Below are positions 18,052-27,911 of a stretch of 64,000 nt of DNA, in pieces. The notes below the pieces were generated by a model, which worked only from the letters and a program-made list of their open reading frames with translations, searched no databases and had not been told where the DNA came from. The DNA is from an uncultured Synergistaceae bacterium (GTDB taxonomy: Bacteria; Synergistota; Synergistia; Synergistales; 79-D21): the NCBI GenBank assembly GCA_964425765.1, contig CAYRNZ010000009.1, positions 4,675-68,674 on the forward strand, read 5' to 3'. The translations under genes and the position numbers were made by a program. Each line of letters begins with the position of its first letter. The first letter of the stretch is position 1.

Positions 18052-19175
18052 CGGCTCAGCCTCAGGAGGAGTCCAACCCTCAGCCACATCATGACCAGGG
18101 AACTCCCTCCGTAACTCAGGAAAGGCAATGGCATCCCCGTCAGGGGGATCAGTTTCGTCACGCCCCCCATGTTGATCGCCATTTGGGAGAAGACGTTCAG
18201 GCTCAAGCCCCAAATCAGGCAGGCCTCGAAAGTCCCCTCGATCCTTCGGTAATGGGTAAGCAGCCTGAAAAACCAGAAGGCAAAAAGCAATACTACAGAA
18301 AGAGTGCCCGCTAAACCCAGTTCTTCCCCTATCGCCGCCAGAATGAAATCCGTGTGAGAGGCAGGCAGGTATTTGAGTTTCTGGAGCCCCTGTCCCAACC
18401 CCATTCCCCAGGAGCCTCCGTTCGAGAAGGCAACCAATCCCTGGATAGCCTGGAAACCGCTTCCCAGGGGATCCTGCCAGGGGTCTAAAAAGGCCTTCAG
18501 TCTTCGCAGCCTGTATCCATGGGTGAAAATGAACGGGGAAGCCAGGGCAAAAAGCCCCCCTCCGCAGAAAAGCGGCAACGACCAGCCAAACAGGGGGATG
18601 TAAATACCCATTGCGAGGGCAAAAACAAGGATCGTGCTTCCCATATCCGGCTGGAGAAGCAGGGGAAGAACCGAAATACCAGCGAGAAGGGAGATTTTGA
18701 GAAAAGCGCTTAGGCTCGTTTCCTTTTCTCTTTTCTCGAAGAGCTTCCGACTGGCGTGAAGCGTGAAGGCGAAGAAGAGTACATCTGCAGCCTGCACCGT
18801 GACGAAACCTAGGTTGACCCAACGCCTTGCCCCGCCCGCGGAAACCCCGGTAACCGGGAAAAGAGGGAGAAAACAAAAAAACACTGCCAAAAGCCAGAAA
18901 ATACCGCTGCCCTTCTTCCAAAGGTCGATAGGGATGGAATGCACCGCAAGCATGACCCCGATCCCGATCAATAACCATACGGCCTGCTTGATCCCCAGGG
19001 CATGGGGGGATCCAAACCGCGCAATGGATATCGGGCTGGAGGAGGAACTGATCATGATGATCCCGATTCCGCTCAGAAGCAGCGGAATCAACCAGAGAAG
19101 AGGATCTGCCGTGCCTTCGTCACGAAGGTTCGACTCGTGTGGATCAAGCCGGGGCCTGAGTGTTGCCAACCTCAT
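18033..19175 (-). CDS. ftsW: SEDS-family peptidoglycan glycosyltransferase FtsW
   Basis: A ~10-TM SEDS protein with motifs QPDMGS, LPASHTDFI and PLPFLSYGGSS. Sits between murD and murG. Confidence 0.9.
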   Translation of the reverse strand: MRLATLRPRLDPHESNLRDEGTADPLLWLIPLLLSGIGIIMISSSSSPISIARFGSPHALGIKQAVWLLIGIGVMLAVHSIPIDLWKKGSGIFWLLAVFFCFLPLFPVTGVSAGGARRWVNLGFVTVQAADVLFFAFTLHASRKLFEKREKETSLSAFLKISLLAGISVLPLLLQPDMGSTILVFALAMGIYIPLFGWSLPLFCGGGLFALASPFIFTHGYRLRRLKAFLDPWQDPLGSGFQAIQGLVAFSNGGSWGMGLGQGLQKLKYLPASHTDFILAAIGEELGLAGTLSVVLLFAFWFFRLLTHYRRIEGTFEACLIWGLSLNVFSQMAINMGGVTKLIPLTGMPLPFLSYGGSSLVMMWLRVGLLLRLSRCNRQA

Positions 19176-20535
19176 CCCTCCCCTGTATCGACCGGACTAA
19201 CCGTTGGAAATGCCGGCCCCGCTCCTTGTAATTGGGATATGCGTCCCAGCTCGTGCAGGCTGGGGACAGAAGCACGGTTTCTCCCGGGCGGGCCTCCTGG
19301 AACGCTTGAAGCACGGCTTCTTCCATGTCCCGGGCCGGGAGGATTCGCTCTACCCCGCCCTGTTGCAGGGCTTCGACAATCCTTTCTCGCTCCGTGCCCA
19401 TGACGATCGCCACTCTGGCATGCTTTGTCACGGCTTCGGCAAGCGGTCCGTATTCCTCTCCCTTTCCCTGTCCACCGAGAATGACGACCTTCACTCCGGG
19501 AAGGGATCCCAGGGCGGTAACGCTGGCGGCGACGTTCGTTCCCTTGGAATCGTCGACGTAGTCGACTCCGCCTATGGAAGCGACGGCTTCGCACCTATGC
19601 GGAAGAGCTGGGAAGGACCCCAGGAGGGGTTCGGCTTTTTCTGCGTCGAGTCCGAGCAATTCGACCGCAGCCATCGCCATGGCGGCATTTTCGAGGTTGT
19701 GCCTGCCCAATAGGGGCAACCTGTCGTAATGGAATAGCACTCGACATTCATCTTCTCGCCATAGTAACGCTTCTCGCTCTCCCATTTCGATCCGGTTGCC
19801 TTTTTCATGCCTATCCGCTCCCCACCCAAGGCCGACCAGGTAAGGGGAAGAAAAGTCCTTGAAAAACCCAAGGTCCCTTTCCTGGACAATCGCCCAGCTT
19901 CCAGGATTCTGCATCTTCAGTAGGTTGGCCTTCGCGGCCACGTAGTTCCCGTAGGAGCCGTGCCAATCGAGGTGATCCGGATCCAGGTTCGTGACGATCG
20001 AGACTTCTACAGGCAGTTTTTTAGCCCAATAAAGCTGGAAACTGCTCAGCTCTATCGCCAAAAATTCCAGATCCGATTCCGCATAGTCAGCGACCGGCTT
20101 CCCGATATTGCCGATCGCCACTCCCCTCCTCCCCAATCCCTGGATAAGGTGCCCTGTCAGGGCCGTCGTTGTTGACTTGCCGTTACTGCCCGTCACACCG
20201 ACAAGCCTCCCACTGAGGTACGGGGCAACGAAATCCAGTTCGCCCAAAACAGGGATTCCCATCTCCTGGGCTTTTTTCACTGCCGGGGCGCTGGGCGATA
20301 TCCCCGAACTCAACACGATCATGTCGGACTCCCAGAGGCGGGGACCGTGCCCTTCGAACTCGAAATCTATCCCCTTCGAGGTCATCTCCTCCGCGGCACT
20401 ATCCCTTCGACTCCCGAGGTCCGAGACAAAGACCGCGGCCTTTTTCCGTACGGCGAGGCATGCAAGCGAAAGCCCGCTCAACCCGGCACCGATGATTCCG
20501 ATTTTTACGCCGTCCAGGGATTTCCGGGTTTCCAT
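19144..20535 (-). CDS. murD: UDP-N-acetylmuramoylalanine--D-glutamate ligase MurD
   Basis: VGVTGSNGKSTTTAL and a Rossmann-like N-terminal IGIIGAGLSG. Confidence 0.92.
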   Translation of the reverse strand: METRKSLDGVKIGIIGAGLSGLSLACLAVRKKAAVFVSDLGSRRDSAAEEMTSKGIDFEFEGHGPRLWESDMIVLSSGISPSAPAVKKAQEMGIPVLGELDFVAPYLSGRLVGVTGSNGKSTTTALTGHLIQGLGRRGVAIGNIGKPVADYAESDLEFLAIELSSFQLYWAKKLPVEVSIVTNLDPDHLDWHGSYGNYVAAKANLLKMQNPGSWAIVQERDLGFFKDFSSPYLVGLGWGADRHEKGNRIEMGEREALLWREDECRVLFHYDRLPLLGRHNLENAAMAMAAVELLGLDAEKAEPLLGSFPALPHRCEAVASIGGVDYVDDSKGTNVAASVTALGSLPGVKVVILGGQGKGEEYGPLAEAVTKHARVAIVMGTERERIVEALQQGGVERILPARDMEEAVLQAFQEARPGETVLLSPACTSWDAYPNYKERGRHFQRLVRSIQGRDEVGNTQAPA

Positions 20536-20539
20536 GAAA

Positions 20540-21508
20540 TTACCCCCATATCTCCAAAATCCTGTAGATCACCGGCACCGTGCAGGCCATACCCGCCGCG
20601 TGAAGCAGCCAGAACCGGGCGACGACCTTTGTTTCCGCCCAACCCAGAAGTTCGAAGTGGTGATGAACGGGACTCATCCTGAACACCTTGCGCTTGAAAG
20701 CCCTGATGGCGATGATTTGCACCGCCACGCTCACCAACTCCAGCCCGAAGAGGAAACCGAAAGGCACCATGAAAAGCAGGCCCCCCTTCCAGATACAGAG
20801 GCTGAAAAGAAGGCCTCCCAGGAAGTGGGAACCGCCGTCACCCATGAAGACGCCTGCCGGGTGGCAATTGTACCAGAGGAAGCCCACGCAAATTCCAAGG
20901 CCGAGATTAACAGCCAGGGAAACCCCTGGCGCCCCTCCTGAAGGAAGCAGTGCAAGCCCCAGGAAACTTAAAGCTGAAGCCCCCGCGGCTAGTCCGTCCA
21001 GGCCGTCTGTCACATTCACCGCGTTCATCATGCCGACGGCGAAAAAAGATAGCACCGCGATGGAAAAAACCGACGGAACGGTATCCCCGGGAAGAAGGGA
21101 AAGCCCATCCGCCAGGACGGCATACGTACTCCAGCCCAAAGCAACAACGGACTGTAAAAATAATTTCTCCAGGGATCTCAAGCCTTCGCTGGATTTTTTC
21201 GTGAACTTCAGCCAATCGTCGGCAAAACCGACGGCAAAGGCTCCAAAAGGCAAACCCCAGATCCCCGTGATGGAACCGCGGCCGACAGGGCCTTCCCACA
21301 TGAGGAACCCGATACAGGCCAGCGGGAAGACGACTCCTCCCATTGTCGGGGTCCCGCTCTTACGTTCCACGTGGCTGGGGAGTCCGTAGGATTTCTCGAC
21401 CTGCCTAATTTCGCGTTGCCGGACAAAACGTATCCAGGCGCCCTCCAATAGGGCGGCCAGGGAAGCGGCAAAGAGGGTAATACTCAACCCCGTCCAAGAA
21501 GGCGTCAT
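20540..21508 (-). CDS. mraY: phospho-N-acetylmuramoyl-pentapeptide transferase MraY
   Basis: KSGTPTMGG, NAVNVTDGLDGLA and SPVHHHFEL motifs. Confidence 0.95.
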   Translation of the reverse strand: MTPSWTGLSITLFAASLAALLEGAWIRFVRQREIRQVEKSYGLPSHVERKSGTPTMGGVVFPLACIGFLMWEGPVGRGSITGIWGLPFGAFAVGFADDWLKFTKKSSEGLRSLEKLFLQSVVALGWSTYAVLADGLSLLPGDTVPSVFSIAVLSFFAVGMMNAVNVTDGLDGLAAGASALSFLGLALLPSGGAPGVSLAVNLGLGICVGFLWYNCHPAGVFMGDGGSHFLGGLLFSLCIWKGGLLFMVPFGFLFGLELVSVAVQIIAIRAFKRKVFRMSPVHHHFELLGWAETKVVARFWLLHAAGMACTVPVIYRILEIWG

Positions 21509-22899
21509 GATCCGGCCAACCCTTTCACGACCAATTCAAGCCCATAAAACCTGGAACCTTTCACCAGCAGAGAATCTTCCGGCTCGACCAAGCCGGACAC
21601 GAGATCCAGCGCTTCTTTCGCGTTACCGACGCGCCATGCGGCTCCGCGCCGCTTTTTCTTCGATTCCTCCAGAGGTTCCCATTCCTCCCCCACGAGGACG
21701 AGCCCGTCGAGAAAACCGGTTTTCTCCAGGATAGACCGGTGCAGGGAAACCGAATCCCCGCCGAGTTCCCGCATGCCTCCGAGCACGGCCCATCGCCTTC
21801 CAGGGACATCTATTTTCCTGAAAACATCAAGGGCTGCAAGCACAGAGGTCGGGTTGGCATTATAGGATTCGTCGATAAGGAGGTCGACCTTGGTTCCACG
21901 GATCCATCTTCCTCGACCTCCGAGAGGTGAAACGGATGAAACACCCTGAAGGATTTTTTCTGGAGGTATCTGCAGCGCCAGGCCTACCATGAAGGCAAAA
22001 CCAAGGTTGTGGGCATGGTGGCCTCCTTTGAGGGAGGACTCGCAGACCCAGCTTTGTCCCCCATAGGAAAGACCGATGCGCAGATCGCCCTCCTTGCTTT
22101 CCGACCTTTCGGTCAGGAGGAGTGTACTGCCCTTACCGAAACCGACCCCAGCCGCCCTGAAAGGATACACCCCTTCGTTCATAACCTTGTGCAGTCGTTC
22201 GTCGTCCGAGTTGAAGACGAGTAATTTAAGACCTTCCTTAGGTATAATCTCCATTTTGGCGGCTAAGACCCCTTCAAGATCCCCGAGCCCTTCCAGGTGA
22301 ACGGGCGCAATGCCGGTCACAACCGCTACCGTCGGCGGAAAATGAGCTACCGTCCCGGCGATTTCCCCCGGACGGTTGGTTCCCATTTCCAGGAGGAGAG
22401 CTTCCGTGTCAGGCGGCATCCCCAGGATGGTCAAGGAACAACCTACAAGGGTATTGTGGCTCCGCAAGGCCGAGTGTACCCGCAAGGAGCCTTCCAGTGC
22501 CGAGCGAACCAGTTCTCTTGTCGTCGTCTTGCCGACGCTGCCCGTTATGGCGATTTTTTCCCTTGGGGCGACTTCTGCAAGGTATTCTTCCGCCATCCTC
22601 ACGAGCGATTCCTCAACCCGTTCGACAATGATGCAGGAACCTCCGCTGACTTTCACGCTGTCGAGCCACGGGGCGAGTCCGCCTTCGCTTCCCAGCACCA
22701 GGCGTGCGCCGTTCGACAGGGCGTCGCCGACAAACCGGTGTCCGTCGGAATGCTCTCCCGGGAGGGCGATAAAACCGTCTCCCGGCCCGACATCCCTGCT
22801 GTCGGTCCAAAGCCTGTCAGGCAAGGGCCTCCCCGGGCCCATCAACCGCCCTTCGCACCAGGCTGCAGCCTCCTCCAGGTCCGGTCTCCCCTTACGCAT
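21505..22899 (-). CDS. murF: UDP-N-acetylmuramoyl-tripeptide--D-alanyl-D-alanine ligase MurF
   Basis: ITGSVGKTTTRE and DESYNANP motifs. Start taken at ATG 22899, an 8-nt overlap with the murE stop. Confidence 0.9.
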   Translation of the reverse strand: MRKGRPDLEEAAAWCEGRLMGPGRPLPDRLWTDSRDVGPGDGFIALPGEHSDGHRFVGDALSNGARLVLGSEGGLAPWLDSVKVSGGSCIIVERVEESLVRMAEEYLAEVAPREKIAITGSVGKTTTRELVRSALEGSLRVHSALRSHNTLVGCSLTILGMPPDTEALLLEMGTNRPGEIAGTVAHFPPTVAVVTGIAPVHLEGLGDLEGVLAAKMEIIPKEGLKLLVFNSDDERLHKVMNEGVYPFRAAGVGFGKGSTLLLTERSESKEGDLRIGLSYGGQSWVCESSLKGGHHAHNLGFAFMVGLALQIPPEKILQGVSSVSPLGGRGRWIRGTKVDLLIDESYNANPTSVLAALDVFRKIDVPGRRWAVLGGMRELGGDSVSLHRSILEKTGFLDGLVLVGEEWEPLEESKKKRRGAAWRVGNAKEALDLVSGLVEPEDSLLVKGSRFYGLELVVKGLAGS

Positions 22900-24409
22900 C
22901 GGGCCACTCCACCCCGCGGGCTTCCGCCCAGCCCTTGACTGTTTCCCTGTCACTGTAGGGAAGGTGCTCTTCGCCGATGATGATATAGGGTTCCGGCCCC
23001 TTTCCCGAGACAAGGACGATATCACCAGGCCTGGCGTTATCGAGGGCAAAATGGATCGCCTCGCGCCGGTCAAGAATGACCCTGTGGTTTTCCAGCCTTA
23101 AGCCCTTCAGTAGTCCTTCCTCAATCTGTCCGGCTATCAGGGCGGGATCCTCGAGTCTGGGGTTGTCCATCGTAATTACCAATTCGTCCGCGAGTTCGGA
23201 AGCAACTTTGCCCATCAGGGGACGGTTCGGGGCGTAGCGGTTCCCGCCCATACCGAAGACGGACCATATTCTGCCCGTGGCTAGCTCACCAAGTGTTTTC
23301 AAGACGTTCCGAAGGGCATCCGGGCTATGGGCGTAATCGATGATGCAGCAAGTCCCGTTCCCGAAAAGATAGCGCTCTAGGCGCCCCGGCACTTGCGGGG
23401 CTTTTTCGAGGCCTTGGCAGATGTCCTCTTCAGTAAGTCCCAGGCCAAAGCCCATCGTCGCGGAAAGCAGGATATTGTAAATGTTGTACTTGCCGGTCAA
23501 AGGAACGTTCAGGTCGCGCCAGCTTTTTCCTCCGGGGAAATGGAGGCGTAACCTGATCCCTTCCAGCGTCATTGAAAGGAGAGTTCCGTGAACGCTGTCC
23601 GCACCCTCGCAGGCGAGGCCGTAGGGAATCACGTTCGGCCGGAATTCTTCGACAAGGCGCCTTCCATAGGGATCGTCCGCGTTTGCCGCCCCGGTCCAGG
23701 GCCCGCGCGTAAATTCGGAGAAAAGTCTTCTTTTTGCGGCGAAATAGCTTTCCATGTCCCCGTGGAAATCCAGATGTTCGGGAGTAAGGTTGGTAAAACC
23801 GACGGCATCGAAAAGGCAACTCGAAAGGCGCGCAAGCTCGAGCCCGTGCGACGAGGCCTCCATGACACAAGCCTTGCAGCCGTTTTTGGCCATTTTGGAC
23901 AACCATTCCTGCACTTCGTCGCTTTCGGGAGTCGTCCGGTCTGCAAGCACCTCGCCCATTCCGTCATGGTAGACAATCGTTCCGAGCAGCCCTGCGGGCA
24001 AACCCGCGGCCGCCAGGATAGAGCGCGTCAGGTAGGTTGTCGTGCTCTTTCCATTTGTTCCCGTGACGGCGATCATTTTCAGGCTCTTTGCGGGGAAATC
24101 GTGAATGAATGCGGCCAGGGCAGCCATCGCCTGTCTGGAATCCCTGACGATGAGTTGCGGGTTTTCCAACCCCAGAGACCTTTCGCACAATAACGCCGCC
24201 GCCCCTTTCCGACAGGCCTCCGCAGCAAAGTCATGCCCATCGTGGCGGGTTCCGGGCAGGCAGCAGAAAATAGATCCCTTTACAACCTTCGAAGTGTGAT
24301 GGGTTATTCCGAGGACCCAAATGGCAGCAGGGTTCGCCGACTGATCCCACGTAGCGGAACAGAGCAAACCGAGCTTATCCAGGTGGGCTACGCAATCTTG
24401 GAAATTCAT
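22892..24409 (-). CDS. murE: UDP-N-acetylmuramoyl-L-alanyl-D-glutamate--2,6-diaminopimelate ligase MurE
   Basis: VTGTNGKSTTTYL, DYAHSPDAL and a DNPR motif (MDNPRLEDP). Start taken at ATG 24409 (MNFQDC...). Confidence 0.9.
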   Translation of the reverse strand: MNFQDCVAHLDKLGLLCSATWDQSANPAAIWVLGITHHTSKVVKGSIFCCLPGTRHDGHDFAAEACRKGAAALLCERSLGLENPQLIVRDSRQAMAALAAFIHDFPAKSLKMIAVTGTNGKSTTTYLTRSILAAAGLPAGLLGTIVYHDGMGEVLADRTTPESDEVQEWLSKMAKNGCKACVMEASSHGLELARLSSCLFDAVGFTNLTPEHLDFHGDMESYFAAKRRLFSEFTRGPWTGAANADDPYGRRLVEEFRPNVIPYGLACEGADSVHGTLLSMTLEGIRLRLHFPGGKSWRDLNVPLTGKYNIYNILLSATMGFGLGLTEEDICQGLEKAPQVPGRLERYLFGNGTCCIIDYAHSPDALRNVLKTLGELATGRIWSVFGMGGNRYAPNRPLMGKVASELADELVITMDNPRLEDPALIAGQIEEGLLKGLRLENHRVILDRREAIHFALDNARPGDIVLVSGKGPEPYIIIGEEHLPYSDRETVKGWAEARGVEWPDA

Positions 24410-24437
24410 CCGCCCTCCCCCCTCCTGAACGATCGGC

Positions 24438-26096
24438 CTACTGGTCCAGGACAAGGTAATCCTCCAGCATGGCCCTGAACGCGGGAGCAGCGATGGCTCC
24501 ACCCAGGTGTCCCTTTTGGGAAGGTTCCCCGAGAACTACAAGCAAAATATGATCAGGTTTTTCCACAGGCCAGAAACCCACGAAAGAGGCAACGAAACGT
24601 CCCTTGACGTACTTCCCGTGTTCCGCGACCTGGGCGGTACCAGTCTTTCCGCCGACGGAAACCTTCGGCGAGTTCGCGGCTTTCCCCGTGCCTTCCGTAA
24701 CGACGCGCCTCATCACCGTTCTTACCCAGTCGCTCGTTTTCTTTGAGATGACGACGTTTTTGACAAACTCTCCGCCTCGGTAAACGGTTTTGCCCTCGCC
24801 GTCTTTCGCCTCTTTGACGATGTACGGCCTTACGCAGCGCCCCCCGTTGATCACGGCCGAGAGAGCCGTTGCCAACTGCAGCGGGGTCATTCCTATTCCC
24901 TGTCCGATGGCGATGTTGGCCGGCACGACCCCTCTCCATTGCTCGGGGGTGCTGACCAGCCCCTCTTCCTCTCCGGGCAGTTCTATACCGCTCAGGGAAG
25001 AAAATCCCCACTGCTTCAGGTTGTCATAGGAAAACCTTGGCCTGAAACGGATCCCTATCTGTGCCATGCCCACGTTGCAGCTGTTCACGACAAGGTCTTC
25101 GAGATGCTGCCCCCCATGGGCCTTTATGTCCGTCACGACTCCATCCGCGACCTTGATTCGGCCCCCGCAATGGAAGTATTCGTTTTCCCTTACGAGCCCC
25201 TGTTCCTTGGCGATGGACATGATCACCGGCTTCAATGTGGAACCGGGTTCATATACCCTTCCTATGACGTTGTTCAAGCGGACCGTAGGGTTTTTCAGGG
25301 TTTGCCTTTTGTTCGGGTCAAAAGTTGGCCAGGAGGCAGAAGCTAGCACTGCACCGTCCCGCGGGTCAATGCAAACAGCCGCAGCCCACTTGGGTTTGTA
25401 CTCGTCGGTCGCCTCTTTTAGCCTTTTTTCGACGACCATTTGCAGGATTGGATCGATTGTCAGCACCAGTTCACCCGGTTTCATCGTTTTTGGAGCCCTC
25501 TGCAGAGACATGAGGTCGATTCCTTGCCCGGAAGCATCCCTCGCCAGTATCTTGGCCTGGGGAGGTGAATAGAGAATATCCTGCCATGACTGCTCCAGGC
25601 CAGCCAAGCCTTCATCGTCGATGTCACAGAAACCGAGGACCTGAGCCAGTAGAGCCCCTTGCGGGTAAACCCTTTTCCTTTCTTTCAGGGCATACAGGCC
25701 GTCAAGCTTTTTTGAAAGAAGTCTGGCCGCCAAGTCGGGGGAAAGTTTCCTGGCAACCCAGACAAAACGGCCCTTCATCGGTTTCGAGAATTTCGCGAGA
25801 TCAGAGGCGGAAACAAGGTTTTTCAGGGCGGCTTTCAATTCAGGGGCGTTGGCGGGGTCCCAATACTGAGGATCGATGAAAAGACTGGTCGCCGGTACGG
25901 ACATGGCAAGAGCGGCACCACGGCTATCCCGGATGACCCCTCTGCTCGTGCTGATCGAGACCTGGGTCCAATACTGGCTGCTTGCCTGGCTTACCGTCCT
26001 CGGATCCGGCCAGAGTTGAATCACGGTCAACCTTGCCGCGAGGATCACAATAACGAGGAAGAGCCAGGTCCAGACATTCCTGAAAACCCGAAACAA
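24438..26096 (-). CDS. ftsI: penicillin-binding protein, FtsI/PBP2B-type transpeptidase
   Basis: An N-terminal TM helix, then transpeptidase motifs (SxxK context YEPGSTLKP, SCN (SxN), KTGTAQ). Confidence 0.9.
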   Translation of the reverse strand: MFRVFRNVWTWLFLVIVILAARLTVIQLWPDPRTVSQASSQYWTQVSISTSRGVIRDSRGAALAMSVPATSLFIDPQYWDPANAPELKAALKNLVSASDLAKFSKPMKGRFVWVARKLSPDLAARLLSKKLDGLYALKERKRVYPQGALLAQVLGFCDIDDEGLAGLEQSWQDILYSPPQAKILARDASGQGIDLMSLQRAPKTMKPGELVLTIDPILQMVVEKRLKEATDEYKPKWAAAVCIDPRDGAVLASASWPTFDPNKRQTLKNPTVRLNNVIGRVYEPGSTLKPVIMSIAKEQGLVRENEYFHCGGRIKVADGVVTDIKAHGGQHLEDLVVNSCNVGMAQIGIRFRPRFSYDNLKQWGFSSLSGIELPGEEEGLVSTPEQWRGVVPANIAIGQGIGMTPLQLATALSAVINGGRCVRPYIVKEAKDGEGKTVYRGGEFVKNVVISKKTSDWVRTVMRRVVTEGTGKAANSPKVSVGGKTGTAQVAEHGKYVKGRFVASFVGFWPVEKPDHILLVVLGEPSQKGHLGGAIAAPAFRAMLEDYLVLDQ

Positions 26097-26138
26097 GCTG
26101 ATCCCGCTCTCCCCCTCGCCTAGGCGGCAACACGACCC

Positions 26139-26552
26139 CTAATCTTGCGCATGGGCCTCTTTCCGGAAAATCATGGAGAGGGCCAATTCCCCGAGCCCCT
26201 TCCTTGCCTTGACCGGCAAGGAAGCCATCGAGACCGAGGATTTGGGCACCGCGACCGAAACGACCTTCACGGAAGCCTCGTTTACCATACCCATTTTTGC
26301 ACTCGCCACACTATACACTCTCGCGGGAGATAGTAAAGAAGCCATATTGTTTTTCAAATCCAACTCGATTTCCTGGTAGTTTTCAATCGTCTCGTTAAGA
26401 CGGGTAAGGCGTTGCTCGAGACTCATGTTAAGAAGCCTGAGGCCGGCGAGCCCCATCGTCAGCATTCCGACAAGCACTGCGATCGCCGCGAAAGCCGAGT
26501 GAACCCTGCTTTTCCGGGGCGTTTTTTTCCGGACTCTCGACGTTGCAGACAT
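26139..26552 (-). CDS. ftsL: putative cell division protein FtsL
   Basis: Start taken at ATG 26552 (GGAAGGTGAG SD, 5 nt after the rsmH stop). The protein has a basic N-terminus, one TM helix (AFAAIAVLVGMLTMGLAGL) and a coiled-coil-like segment, and sits between rsmH and ftsI. Confidence 0.55.
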   Translation of the reverse strand: MSATSRVRKKTPRKSRVHSAFAAIAVLVGMLTMGLAGLRLLNMSLEQRLTRLNETIENYQEIELDLKNNMASLLSPARVYSVASAKMGMVNEASVKVVSVAVPKSSVSMASLPVKARKGLGELALSMIFRKEAHAQD

Positions 26553-26557
26553 CGCTC

Positions 26558-27478
26558 TCACCTTCCTCTCCGCGATTCGAACTCCGTCACCCTGAAAATC
26601 CTCAACATGGCGCTTCTCGACTTGTAATTCCTCTCCACTTCCTCTTCGGTAGGCCGGATCGCTTTTCTCGGGAGGCGACGGCCACGCCCGGCAGCTTCCC
26701 ATTCGGTAAAAGCATGTTTGACGATCCTGTCCTCCAGGGAGTGGTAGCTGACCACCGCCACGCAACCGGTTGCCTTCGTCGCTTTGCCTGCCTGCTCCAA
26801 CCCTTCCCGCAGGGCGCCGATTTCATCGTTGACCGCGATCCTGAGCGCCTGGAATACCCTGCGGGCAGGGTGGCGGTTCATTTTCCTCTGCAAAGGGGAC
26901 GGCAGGATATTCCTTATCACGCTGACCAGTTCCTCCGTCGTTTCAATGGGCCCCTTCCGGTTCCGGTAGGCTACGATACCCCGGGCTATAGGCCCCGCGT
27001 GCGGTTCTTCGCCGTAATCCCTGAAGAGCCGCCTCATTTCTTCCTGGGACATAGAGTTTAAAAGCATCCCTGCAGTTTCACCCTCCGTGCCCATCCTCAT
27101 ATCCAACGGACCGGCTTCCTGAAACGAAAACCCCCTCTCGGGGACTGCCAGCTGTAAATTGGAGACTCCGAGGTCGAAGACGACCGAGTCCGGCTTTCCC
27201 CATCCCGCGGACAGGAGGACCTTATCAAGTTCCCGGAAGTCGCTCTCCACGACCTTGAAGCGACCTTTGCCAACCATCTCGCACAGCCTTTGAGAAGCTA
27301 GTTCCAGTGCCATCGGGTCCTTGTCTATACCCAGGACCCTGCAGTCATTCCATCGCTCCAGGAAACGGGCTGCGTATCCGCCAAGCCCGAGAGTGGCATC
27401 GACCACGTATTCCGGTGATCCCCCTTCTTCCAGCAGCTTGACGATTTCTTCCAGCAGAACCGGTATATGGTCGATCAA
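26558..27478 (-). CDS. rsmH: 16S rRNA (cytosine1402-N4)-methyltransferase RsmH (MraW)
   Basis: HIPVLLEE, DATLGLGGY, DLGVSNLQL and SYHSLEDRIVK motifs. Confidence 0.95.
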   Translation of the reverse strand: MIDHIPVLLEEIVKLLEEGGSPEYVVDATLGLGGYAARFLERWNDCRVLGIDKDPMALELASQRLCEMVGKGRFKVVESDFRELDKVLLSAGWGKPDSVVFDLGVSNLQLAVPERGFSFQEAGPLDMRMGTEGETAGMLLNSMSQEEMRRLFRDYGEEPHAGPIARGIVAYRNRKGPIETTEELVSVIRNILPSPLQRKMNRHPARRVFQALRIAVNDEIGALREGLEQAGKATKATGCVAVVSYHSLEDRIVKHAFTEWEAAGRGRRLPRKAIRPTEEEVERNYKSRSAMLRIFRVTEFESRRGR

Positions 27479-27900
27479 AAGCCGTCAACCTCTTCCGCGA
27501 TTTCGGGCAGCGTCTCCATGACACGCGACCGGTAGGTGTTCCATTTGTCGGAATCCCAAACCTCTATATGGTCGAGGACCCCGTTGATGCTGACTTCCTG
27601 CTCGATACCCGCCTGATCCCTCAGGGACTGGGGAAGGAGGATCCGGCCCGCGGGGTCTATCGGTACCTCGTGGGCGGAAGCCAGGAGGACGCGCACGAGG
27701 TCCCGGGTTTTCCCCTTCGAGTAGGGCAGGTTATGGAGCCGTTCGAGAATGCCCCCCCAACTGTTCTGGGAGTAAATGGACACGCAGCGATCTATGCCGA
27801 AGGAAGCGACAACGCTGCTCCCCAGTTCTTCCCTGAACCGGGCAGGGATAACAAGCCTTCCTTTTGCATCCAGCCTGTGATCGAACGTCCCCACCAGCAT
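27475..27900 (-). CDS. mraZ: transcriptional regulator MraZ
   Basis: MLVGTFDHRLDAKGRLVIPARFRE plus a second DPAGRILLP repeat give the duplicated SpoVT-AbrB/MraZ fold. First gene of the dcw cluster. Confidence 0.95.
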   Translation of the reverse strand: MLVGTFDHRLDAKGRLVIPARFREELGSSVVASFGIDRCVSIYSQNSWGGILERLHNLPYSKGKTRDLVRVLLASAHEVPIDPAGRILLPQSLRDQAGIEQEVSINGVLDHIEVWDSDKWNTYRSRVMETLPEIAEEVDGF

Positions 27901-27911
27901 CTGAAAATCCT

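Noticed and set aside
18052-18978. 309-codon N-terminal extension of the murG ORF (ORF track 16945-18978)
   Set aside because: It overlaps almost all of ftsW in another frame and is Arg/Gly/Pro-rich. MurG homology starts at LKRLVLVAGGTGGH, just after an in-frame GTG at 18051.
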